In this document: positions 53,634 to 64,000 of the stretch, one piece after another
How positions within the stretch are numbered: the first letter of the stretch is position 1
Layout of the letters: every line of letters starts with the position of its first letter
NCBI GenBank assembly: GCA_040357565.1
Contig: JBDODJ010000001.1
Direction: 5' to 3' (one strand)
Source: Cercozoa sp. M6MM
Lineage: Eukaryota; Protista; Endomyxa: Ascetosporea
Length of the DNA: 64,000 nt
Made by a program: the position numbers and the translations under genes
The notes under the pieces: model-generated
Seen by the model: the letters and a program-made list of their open reading frames with translations, nothing else
Database searches by the model: none
What the model was told of the DNA's origin: nothing

Positions 53634-55073
53634 TTATGTATGGGTTCCAGTTTGACTTCTTTTTTCGCTTCGTTTGGGCAGTTTTCGTCGAGAGCTGACG
53701 TCAAAGACAAGAGCGCTGGCGGTTTGTAAATCAGCGTCGAGTGACTCGATCGACTCGGATTCGTCAGCAGTCTCGAGAGAGGCTAGGAGCGCCTCGTCGT
53801 CGATGTCGTCGAGCAGACGTTTCTCCTGCTCCGGCAACTCTAGGTTGCGCTGCAAGCACACAACAGATAAAACTGACCGGTACGAACATCGGTGAGTTGG
53901 AGCATACCACGAGTTTGGCGTGTTCCGCGTCGATGATGAACTGCGCCACGTCAGTCATCGTGGCCATGTGGAAGAGCGTGCCATCGGGCGGAGCAGTGGC
54001 GGTGCGACTGATCTCAGTGCCAGGTGGCAGGGTGTTGATCACGAGCACGTGCTCGTTGCGTGCCGGCGGCGCCAGCGAGTCGACGTAGTCGAACCAGTAG
54101 AGCACGCTGCCGCTGCCGAAGCGATTCACGTAGCCGCGCAGCTGCTGCATGTTGCGCGTGTGCGACGCCGGGTCGCCGAACATGGCCTTGCTATCGATCC
54201 AGTGCACGACGAAGTCGTCGATCACGATGGGCTCCACCAGTACGACATCCGGCGTCTTGGCCAGTCCAGCACGACGCAGGTCCTCCTCTGAGCGGAACGG
54301 TAGACCCAGGTCTCCCAGCAACGACTCTAGTCGCCGCTCGTACTGTACTGAGCCAAGTGGAGCACTCTATAACTTAACGAATCGACTGTTTCGATAGACC
54401 CGGTGGTACCACCGATCTCGGCCCGAATGGCATCGCCTTCTGGCCCGTTGGCTGGGTCCAGTTTCAGACACGCAACCACTTCGCGTCGCATGCGCTGCTC
54501 CACACACACATAGCATGATAATAGTGTGGAATATTTCGAAAATACGGGAACTACCTCGTTGCCAATCAGACGCGGTTCCTTGAGTAGCCGCGTGATGGTC
54601 TTGCGTTGCACACCCTGTGTTTTGAGAAAGACGCGCACCATTGAAACCGGCGGCACGCGGTTCTCCCGCGCCATTTCCATCAGTGTGGCACCTGCCTGCC
54701 ATCTTCGTAGCAACCTATCTTCCTGCTTAAGTAAGCATACATACATCAGATAAAGCAACACCTATACGCAAACATCCCAAAGGACCTAGACACACAACTA
54801 CCATTCTGCGCATTCGCAAAAGATTGCGGAACTTGGACGTCTGCACGCGGTGCTTGCTCGCAAGGATCGATAAAAACGCCTCCTCCGACAGGCTACATGT
54901 CAGGTGCAAATCATTGAAACATCGTGTGTAGGGCGCACAATATGTACTCTGGGTAGTCGGTGCGAATGACGTCTGCATTGTCAGGGTCTCCAATACGGTC
55001 AAAAATGTCTTGGAAGACTTCGTCTTTCATCTGCAAAGTGTCACTTAAGCACCTGCTCGATCGACAACGGCAT
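53634..55073 (-). CDS. CDIN1: CDAN1-interacting nuclease 1 (C15orf41, TPD domain)
   Basis: SEEDLRRAGLAKTPDVVLVEPI..HWIDSKAMFGD..QLRGYVNRFGSGSVLYWF. Confidence 0.9.
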
Positions 55074-55626
55074 GCATTTCAAAAAAAGGTGCACCTCATT
55101 TGGCAAGCCCAGGTGTAGACTGGGTAAGTTACTGAGTCAGATCACAGCATCACGCGCGGTTAAAGTGCACGCATTTAGATTGCTTTTTTCGGAGCCGGCA
55201 ATGAGCCGGTGCCTCTGGTCCAATCGAACTCACTTCTTGGGAAGTGGTTCACCAAAAATCGCGGTTGAACCGACGCACGCGGCGTCTGATCGCGCTTTTT
55301 CTGAGGATTGCTATTAGCGTTGCCGTTCCTCAAGCGTGGTTTCGCACAACAGGCGTGCCCAATACCCTCAGACAAGGAATAGTTGTTTGCAGGTGGTCTC
55401 TGGTGCGTTGGTGTTGATCGAGATGACGAATGATGGCCCTTTGACTTTGACTCTGACTCTTTGACTGATTGCTGCATGATTGCCTCGTTTGTTCTTGCGC
55501 TTGAACCGTGCCAAGTGAAGAACATTTTAGTTTTGTTGTCGGCAAAAGTTCCTGCGCATCGCACTTTCGCTGTTTGAGTGATTTAATGTTGAGTGATCTA
55601 ACTTGAGTTTCTTTCGCTAGACTTGA

Positions 55627-58600
55627 ATGGAAGGACCCCCAGAGCTCCCACCCGATGGTATCGTTTGCGCCGTACTTTCGCTTTGGCGCGATCCAGATAT
55701 TGTTGCCTTTCGTTCTTAGTGGTGTTTCCGATGTCGGTGCGAGCGATCCTCGTTTCTGAACTGGCGGAGCGCTTTGCATACTATGGCACGAGTGCCTTGC
55801 TGCCAACGTTTCTGAGTCATGCCATGGGCTTTGACGAGAGGTGAGTTTTTGTATTTGCCTCTTTCTAGCTTGACTCAGCAGAACGAACGTGCTTGTTTTG
55901 TGCTTTAGTGTGAGCATCGCCGCGTTCTTTGTGTTCGACTCCATCTGCTACTGCTCGCCACTGTATCACTACCTGGCTGCTGGGCAACAATATGGTATAT
56001 TAGTTCGATTGATCAAATGAACAGATACGGTGGCTACAAGGCCGACTCGAGCTGGGGAAAATACAAGACCATCATCCGACTGTCGTTGGTGTACATCCTG
56101 GGCACGGCGCTGCTCTCGGTGGCCGGTTTCCTGCAGCACGCTGATCAGGACTGCATCGACTGCATTCGCGACACTGGCGGTAGGGGTGGGGGGGGGGGGG
56201 GAAAAGGGGGGTATGGGGGTAAGAGGTGCTAGGGGGGAGGTCATGAGGGAGTATGGAGGTAAGAGGGGAGTAAAACTTCATGTGTCAACAGACGACTGTG
56301 AGCCGTGTTCGGCCTCGACGCTGCCGATGGTTTTCATGATGCTTGGCCTACTATTGATCGGCATCGGAACAGGAGGTACAGAACATTGGTCCATTTGTAC
56401 GGCCATGTACCGTTATATTGAACGACTTGAGTCTGTCTAAGAGTCTGCTTAAGGCTGCGTTTTTGGACACAGGTATCAAACCGTGCGTCTCAAGTTTCGG
56501 CGCCGATCAACTGCCGAAATCGGGCGAAGGCGCCTGTGAGTTGTCTTTGTATTTGTGTGTATATGCTTCCGTGCGGAAGGTCGAAATATACGAGTGCTGT
56601 AGCCGAGCGTGTGTCCAAGTACTTTCGGTACTTTTACCTGGCCATCAACGTCGGCAGCGTCATGACGTACCTCGTGATTCCGAACCTGCAGAGCTACTTT
56701 GAGCCGCGCGTTGCCTACTCCTACGGGGTAACTCCTACGGGGTAACTGGGAGGGGGTAAAGGGGTAGGGGTAAAGGGGGTAGGGAGTAGGGGTAGGGGGG
56801 CATAACTGTACTGTGTGCACAGGTGGGCTTTGCCCCACCGGCAGTGCTGCTGACGGTGGCGACTTTGATTGTGTGGCTCGGTCGGCGACTGTACTACCAC
56901 TCGCCTCTCAAAGGTTCCATGCTCACCAAGGTCTTCACTACTGTGCGCGACGCTCGGCGACATGTAGGCTTTTTACCCCCCTCCTCCTTTCCCCTCTGTT
57001 TATTCCTGCTTAATTTGTTTGCTCATGTTTTTTTTTTTGCTTTACCCCCCTGTTTACCCATCTATTTACCCTCCTGTTTCCCTTTTTATTTACCTCCCTA
57101 TTTATCTCCCTATTTACCCCCTGTTTACCTTCCTATTTACCCCCTGTTTACCCCCCTCCGCAGAGACCGAGTGGTCGGCGAGGTGGTGTGTGGGTGCCAG
57201 GCTGCTGCATGCCATGCGGTGCCAAGTCGGACGACGACGAGGCGCTGCTGCAACAAGAGCAGAGCGATGAGGATGACGAGGATCAGGAGGCACAAACTGA
57301 GTGGGTGCACTTCTTGGACTGGGCCCTCCGCGCGGACGGTGCCGACCCGCTCACCGTCGCTGATGTCAAGTCCTTCTATCGCGTGTACATACGCTTTTAC
57401 CCCCTCTTTACCCCCCTCTTTACCCCCCTCTTTACCCCCCTCTTACCCCAGTATGCCGGTGTTTGCGACGCTGCCAGTGTTCTGGATGTTGTTCGGACAG
57501 ATCTCGTCGGCTTTTGTGGTATCTTGGACAGGTGGGAAAATACAAAAAATAAAACAAGGCTGTTGTAGTTGCAAGCTGACAAAATGGATCGCAACTTTTT
57601 CGGCTGGGAGATGCCGCCTGGTATTACCCCCCCCCCATTTCCCTGCCCTCTCTTACTTCCATGTCACTTACTTTTTACCCCTTTTCCCCCCTTTTTTTCC
57701 CCCCCCCCCCCCCGAGTAGCCATGATGCAGGTGGTGAACCCACTGACGGTGGTGTCGTTCATTCCACTGTTCGACAAGGTTGTTTATCCGGTGTTCCGAT
57801 GGTTGGGTGTCATGCGACGCGACCTCGGCAAGATGACCGGCGGCATGCTGTATGAGTTTTACCCCCCTACCTCTTTACCCCCTTTACCCCCCCCCCCCCT
57901 GACCAGTGTATCAGCTCTGGCGTTCGTGGCAGTCGGTCTCGTGCAGAAAACAATCGACGAATCTGCGCTGCACTGTACCTACTCACCTAGGATGGGGGGG
58001 GGGGTAAAGAGGGGGGTAAAATTCTGACTGGATGTAGCCGTACACGTGCTGTGGCAAGTGCCGCAACTCGTGCTACTCACCTCGGGCGAGATTATGGTAC
58101 TTGGGTCAGGGGAAAAAGGGGGGGGGGGGTAAAAGTACATCTGTCTCGTTGTAGGTCTCGGTCGTCGGTCTTGAGTTCGCCTACTCGCAGGCGCCTGTTA
58201 CGGTACTATGGAGCTTTACCCTCCCCCCCTACCCCTACCCCCGCGACAGATGAAGTCGACAGTGACGGCGTTTTTTCTGTTGACGAAATCGATCGGTTCA
58301 ATGTTCGGCGCGATCTTTTTCCTGCTGCTGGACAAAGTGACCACCAACGCTGCCTACCACTACTGGTTCTTCTCGGCCCTGTGTCTGTACCCTTGTCTCT
58401 TCTACCCCGACTTTCCTATATCCATGCTTTCATCTATCTATATCTATCTATCTATCTATCTCTCTATCTATCTCTCTATCTATCTCTCTATCTATCTCTC
58501 TATCTCTCTATCTATCTCTCTATCTATCTGTTTATCTACCTCTACCTCCATGTCTATGTACCCCAGGGTGAACATGCTGGTGCTGCTGCTGGTGCGCACG

Positions 58601-58795
58601 CAATACCGCTACCGTGACATTGCCGCCGACGCCGTCGACGCCGACGCGACGCTGCCGGAGGATTGCGCCGTGCTCAAGGCCGTGTCGCCGCACGATGTGC
58701 CGCAGACACTGCACGCCGGCGCCAACACGACGCTGTACGCCGAGGAGGATCACTATGTCGATGAGCCCTACGAACACCAGGTGCAGCAAGAGTGA
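55627..58795 (+). CDS. Proton-dependent oligopeptide transporter (POT/PTR, SLC15-like)
   Basis: SELAERFAYYG (ExxER motif), ADSSWGKYKTI, GTGGIKPCVSSFGADQ, FYLAINVGS, QVVNPL, WQVPQ, LEFAYSQAP..MKS. Confidence 0.93.
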
Positions 58796-59125
58796 CCACA
58801 CGGGGCAACAACCGTCGTTGTCACCGTGATCGATCGATCTGCACCTACGACTCACCCTGTTGAATTTGAATAACCGTTAACCGTCCTTCACTGTACCAGA
58901 ACTGGTGAGTCCGAGTGAGCTCACTAACGTCAGTCCTATCTGACCGACTGAACCAGGCTGTCTCGCGTACGTCATAAGCGATGATTTTACGATACTGAAA
59001 ATATCCGGTCAGTCATCCCGTACAGAGGTATGCTCATTCCTGTCTAACTCTGTCTCCTTGGGTCAAGCTGTTGCGTGACTCGAGTGATGGTAACTGGGTA
59101 ACTTGACCCAAGGAGTCGCGCGCAG

Positions 59126-59263
59126 ATGTACCCGGCTCTCTTCGAGCAGGCACAGGCCGAGTACGCCGAGCAGGCCGAGGCCGCCCTCACGGCCAACGAG
59201 AAGCAGGACGTGCAGGAGCTCATCGTCGACAACTTCTTCGCGCTCGTCGAGGAGCACGAGTAG
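59126..59263 (+). CDS. 45-codon acidic helical micro-ORF or orphan terminal exon
   Basis: MYPALFEQAQAEYAEQAEAALTANEKQDVQELIVDNFFALVEEHE*. Nearly all codons end in G/C, and a CAG acceptor sits directly before the ATG. Confidence 0.45.
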   Translation: MYPALFEQAQAEYAEQAEAALTANEKQDVQELIVDNFFALVEEHE

Positions 59264-60004
59264 ACCGAGTAACTCGACCTGGACTGACGCTTCGAAAGAC
59301 ATCCGTCGTCTAAAGTTAAATTTACTGGATGGCAGATGCCTGATCCTTGAGGCCGGAGACGAAACTAGTGGGCTGATGCCTGATCCGTGAGGGATCTCAA
59401 CGTGTGCTAGATCTAACTTGTTTCTGTCGTGGGCAGGGTACGCGCAATGACCCAACCTGCGAGCGAGCGTATTGGGAACACCAAGATGCCGGACTTGCGT
59501 TGGAAACGAAACCTATGAGTACTACCATATTTTCCTGTTTGCCGTTGGTTTTTGCTGACAGTACTAGTACATTTAGACTTGAAGGAATCACCGTGTGCAT
59601 TCAGTTATATTACTAAACTTACTCGCTATGCTGATCCGATCATGGGGATACTGACTGTACACTGCGACTAGCGCTGACTCGACTAAGGATCGTATACTGC
59701 AACAAGCAGCGGTGCTTGTACTGTGTAAAGCACCAGCTGCGCTGTGCTGCCCTGCCCATCTCTATGTAAACTCCGTCATGAACGGAAGTTGACGTGATTG
59801 ACATGATGTGGCACGATTAAACGAAACTCATGCTGGCTGGTACAGTGCTAGGTTGTTAGCATTCATTATGACATACAGTACAATTGAAATAAAAATTTAC
59901 TGGCAGCTGCTTAATCGAATATAATAACTCGAAAGTTGAAAGTCGTGTTGAAGAAGCAAAGCAAGGTGGTGTAAAAATACACCGGGGGGAAGGGGTGCGA
60001 CATG

Positions 60005-61240
60005 TCACAGCCGGCAGTCACCTTTTGTCGCAGTCAGCGACGACGGTGGAAGTGAGGAGGCGAGCCGCAGCGCGCTTCGAGTGCGCAAGGCTGCGCACTG
60101 CTGCAGCGCACGGCGATGGCGCGCTGCAGTCGAAGCTCCAGCAAGTGGCGGAACAGCTCGCGCGCACGGCGGGCGACGCGCAGCACTCGCGCCTGACGTT
60201 CGAGCTCGAGTGCCTCCAGACGCTCGCGCTCGAGTCGTTCCTGCCGCTCTCGAACGGCGGCAGCAGCTTCGACGGCGAGTTCGCGGAGTTGCAGGCGCTG
60301 CTGCTGCTGCCGGCGCTTCCAGCAGACGCGGAAAGACGCGCCTCGCTCCTGCTGGCGCTGCAGCTGCAGACGCCAGCACTCGCGAGCGGCCGCGTCGCTG
60401 TTCAGCAGCAGCAGCAGGTGCTTCTCATGCTCGCACGACGGCCCAGGGCCTGCAGGCGTCGGCGCCGTCTCGTTGTCACGGGGTGCACGCAGGCACCCGA
60501 AGAGGTTGCGCAGGAAAGTCTGCGCACACACACAGAGACAGAGACTCGTGAATGCACTGACTGTATAAAGACAAAACAAAAGACAGAAAACAACGGGCCA
60601 AAAACAAAAAACAAAAAACAAAACGACAAAAGAGAAGCGGACTCTCGGAGCAGCCCAGAACCCACTCCCACAGTGCACCGACGCACCAAACAACAGTGTT
60701 GCACAGTGAAATGCAGGCACACAGAAAACTCACCATTTCACAAAGCGCAAAAAAGCGTTCTTGTAGTGCACAGTGCACTCTGGCGTTCGGTAGTTTCTCG
60801 TATCACAAGTCTCAAACTCACACAATGCGTGGTGAAAGAAGGGGCAAATTTTTTGTACAAATCGCGTGCCGAGCACTCACATGGCTACACCGGAATCCAT
60901 TCGACCTTCCAAGGTGTGCCAGAGTGTCACTACGCTCGCCTCATCACCCTGCACACACCCACTTGAAACGCCCAGAAGCCGCGCCCAGAGCAAGAACGTG
61001 CTTAGATTAGATGTGGGACGTGTGCAGCGGGGTCTCAAAACTGCACAAAAGCCGTTGCACACCTCCCGACGTGCTCTCGAGCTGCAACAAAAATCAAGTT
61101 TGCAAACAAAATCAGTCACTCGGTGCGCGTTTCTCCACCCACAGCGCCGGTGACTAGTGACACTTTTGTGGGCAGTCCTGAGATTCCACTAGTATTTCCT
61201 GCCTAATAGACGTGCCTAAACCTCTAATTGCGCTCAGCGA
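60005..61240 (-). pseudogene. Paralogue of the 38-39.7 kb kinase-like gene; catalytic-loop exon not seen
   Basis: Colinear similarity: WRNA..FVCKLDFCCSSRARREVCNGFCAV vs WRNA..FVAKLAFYCSMRARRKVPHGFCAV; HCVSLRLV vs HCVRLRLV; FLRNLFGCL vs LLRKIFGCL; LLNSDAAAREC vs LLDSEAAAREC. Confidence 0.55.
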
Positions 61241-61845
61241 GATCGACAGGTATTTTTGGCTAAAACCGACAACTTATACGAGCTATAACTTTGTTTGCTG
61301 CTGTGTGCGGCTGTGTGCTAGTTGTCAGTTAGTCAGCAGCGCTACTTGTACAGGCAATACTAGATCCAGAACATCTCGACGAGCGAATGGCCTGGTAGAC
61401 CGACCTGCTGCAGCACGTCGTCCAGCTGCCGCACTGCTCGACTCGGCGTGTTGCACTTGCAAGTAGAAGAATACTGTTTTCTGTCGGCGTTGTTGAAATA
61501 AAAGAAGAGAAGAGGTGGCTGTGTCTGGGGGTCCCGTATCCACACCACGAAGTGTTACTTCTGGTGAATATATATTTCCCTTTTTGTCGGTCTAGCAAAA
61601 CAAATCCTTCACTATTAACCATACCGGTTCAGACTTGATCGTCCGCGCTGACGAGTAGTTAGATGACAGTTTGACCGTAACATTAGGGCAGGGACGAAGC
61701 TGGGACATAAAAAGAAAGAAACGGAACTCAACTGAATCGAGTGAAACGCCGGGACGAAAGAGGGAATGACAGGAGTACCCTCGTACTCACTCAGGCTGTA
61801 GCCTCGTAGTATTGCAATCTTGAATTGCCGTGCGTTGTACAAAAT

Positions 61846-63072
61846 CTAGGCAGGAAGCCTCGTAGATCTAGAGGCAACGAAAAGTCGCAGCAGTCGTTGT
61901 CGCAGCAGTGGTCTGTACACCAGCAGCAGCAGCAGCAGCAGACCGGCCGAGGTGCCACCGACCACAGCGACGTCCCGTCTGCGCAGACTTTGTTTCACAA
62001 AGACCGTGTCGCGCTTCCGACGCAGTTTACGCACAGCTGTGGCACCGGCTGTTACCATGCTCTACGGGGGGGGGGGGGGAGGGAATGGGTTGGGTAGCGT
62101 GGGTAAGGGTCGGGGTACCACAGCAGCTAGGGCAGCAGCGGCCGTAGGCGAGCGACGGCGCAGGAAGGAAGCGCCGCGCAGCGCCAGGAAGAGCAGGCCG
62201 CCCGTGAGCAGCAGTCGCTGCGGCGCCACGACGCCATCGACGCGCCGTGCCACGCCGCGTTCCAGCGCCGCCAGTCGCGCGCGCCACCGGCGTCGCAGCA
62301 CCGACGCTGTGATCGGTGCCAGTGTGGACCACGTGTCACTGTGGTCACTATGATCGCTCTGATCACTACTTTGATCACTTTGATCACTGTAGCCACTGCT
62401 GTGGTCACTGTGATCGCTGTGGTCACTCGGACTCACGACATCGAACGGCGACGCCGAGAGTGCCGCGCGGTCCGCGCGCGTCAGCAGGCGCCGCAGCCGC
62501 CGCGGCAGCAGCGACAGCACTCCGCGCGCACACAACACCCTCCGCGCGGACGGCGGCAACTGCCGAAAATGCCAGTCATAGCTGATACACAGGGAGACAA
62601 CACACTGACCTCGTGCAGCATGCGTTGTCGCTCCTCCTGGTCGAGCTGCACCGTGCACAGCACCAGCGCATCCAGCGCAGTCTGAATGTGGTCACATGGG
62701 TCACCAGATGGTCACATGGGTCACATAAATCACAGTGACACGGGAGAAACGCACCGCGCGGAACGCTAGCGGCGATTGCAGAGCGTCCAGCAGCGGCATC
62801 TCGAACAGCACGCGCTCCAACCAGCGCCAACGGTGCAGCAGCACGTGCAGTACCTCACGCACTCCGCGCGGATCCTGCCACTGCACAAATACGGCCGTCC
62901 CTGTCGCCAACACTGCCAGCACCAGCGCCACTCGCAGCACGAACGGCAGACTGAGAAACGTCGCCACTGCCACCAAGAGCCACGACAGAGCCAGCACCTG
63001 CAGGCCCAGAGACGGCAGAGGCCTTACTCCGGGCAATCCTGCCTTTCCCGCTGCCCTTATCATGGCACACAC
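61846..63072 (-). CDS. Uncharacterised membrane protein with an SDH/SDQ repeat tract
   Basis: Chained exons (62701-63072, 62062-62658, 61846-62058) with several hydrophobic helices and GC-rich codon usage. Confidence 0.6.
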
Positions 63073-63193
63073 GCACTAGCACACTACTGTTGCTCTAAAT
63101 GTAGTGCAGCCTGGGACTGATCTCTCGACAGTATTTTATTTTTCAAGTTCAGTGCAGTGTGGGGAATAGAGCGATCAAGCTACTGCGATAAAG

Positions 63194-64000
63194 CTACGCT
63201 ACTGTACGTCCTCTGGCTCGGTTAAAAACGCGGATATACGCTTTTACCGGCCTTGGGCGTGCGTCGTCGCGATTTCCGCTGCGCGCGGTAGACAAAAATG
63301 AGAAAAAGTAGATAAAGAGCAGCGAATGGCTTGGCATATGTACCTTGGAACGCAGCAGGAAATCCTCGTACTTGCGAACTCGGTCATTGAGCATGTTGTT
63401 AACGATCCTCTGCAAGCTTAGCCATGCCTCGAAAAATGAAGCCTTGTTTTTCGTTCAGAGAAAAGAAAAAGTACATTCTTGCGCTGGATGGTTTTTTCGC
63501 CCTTTTCGTCCTCGAGTTCGACCATGTCGCCCTTTTAAAACACGAAAGTGAGGAGTCAAAGTGAGAAAAAGAAAAAAGGTAATTCGAGAAACGTGGAAGC
63601 ACCATGGAATCGAGGTCCTCCTGTGGCATGATGGCGTTATAGAAGCGGTCCTCCCAGCTGTCATCATTCATGGGACCCTCCTCCTCGTCGTCGTCGCTCT
63701 TGTCGAGACCGCCATTGGCATGGATGTGCATGGCCATCTCGTCCATCGCGTTCTGCATAGAGGGTAGGGGTAAGGGTAGAGGTAGAGTGTTGGGGGTAGG
63801 GTGGGATAGGGACAGGCCTACCTGCAGATTGTCCATGTAGTCGTGATCGCCGCTGCGCCAGTCCTCGGCCTTGCCGAAACCGACCTCATAGTAGTCGCGT
63901 CCGAGTCCAAGATCGCGCGCCTCGTCCGGGATCATTCCGACAGCGCCGCCGCCGCTCGCTTTAATGGCTTCGTTCTCGTCTTGCATCTGGGGGGGGGGGT
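63194..64000 (-). CDS. 3' part of an uncharacterised acidic protein (continues beyond the window)
   Basis: GC3-rich exons MQDENEAIK..DYMDNLQ/NAMDEM..EDLDSM/..LQRIVNNMLNDRVRKYEDFLLRSK separated by GT-AG introns. Confidence 0.6.

Noticed and set aside
59335-59400. Hammerhead-like fragments (CTGAT..GAGGCC..GACGAAAC; GATCC-GTGA-GGGATC hairpin) and a GATGCCTGATCC direct repeat
   Set aside because: The CUGANGA core is interrupted and I could not build stems I and III.
59995-60966. 323-aa + strand ORF
   Set aside because: Antisense to the kinase-like paralogue and runs through its intronic simple repeats.

Overview
This is gene-dense, intron-rich eukaryotic (protist-like) genomic DNA. It uses the standard genetic code, with mostly 50-100 nt GT-AG introns and many microsatellites, some spanning assembly N-gaps. 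About 22 genes can be read after manual splicing. Recognisable ones are URB1 (3' part), ASNSD1, GMP reductase, UXT, an SLC25 carrier, LONRF, ATG5, a membrane RBR E3 ligase, CCDC77, LipB/LIPT2, a Plasmodium-type thioredoxin reductase, SRPK, CDIN1 and a POT/PTR transporter. There are also a TAF4-like gene, a secreted mucin-like protein and several unknowns. The most striking item is a minus-strand receptor at about 28.1-32.5 kb that appears to fuse a Venus-flytrap ligand-binding domain, a degenerate MHYT-like membrane module, a coiled coil and a C-terminal RGS domain. Also notable are a TSD-flanked, RT-less non-LTR-type element whose 3' tail recurs twice more in the window, a pair of decayed kinase-like paralogues, intron-restricted GGGGTA/TACCCC repeats, and putative organelle-targeting extensions on GMPR and TrxR. 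All family calls are by eye from motif recall, no database search was run, and several gene ends are approximate.
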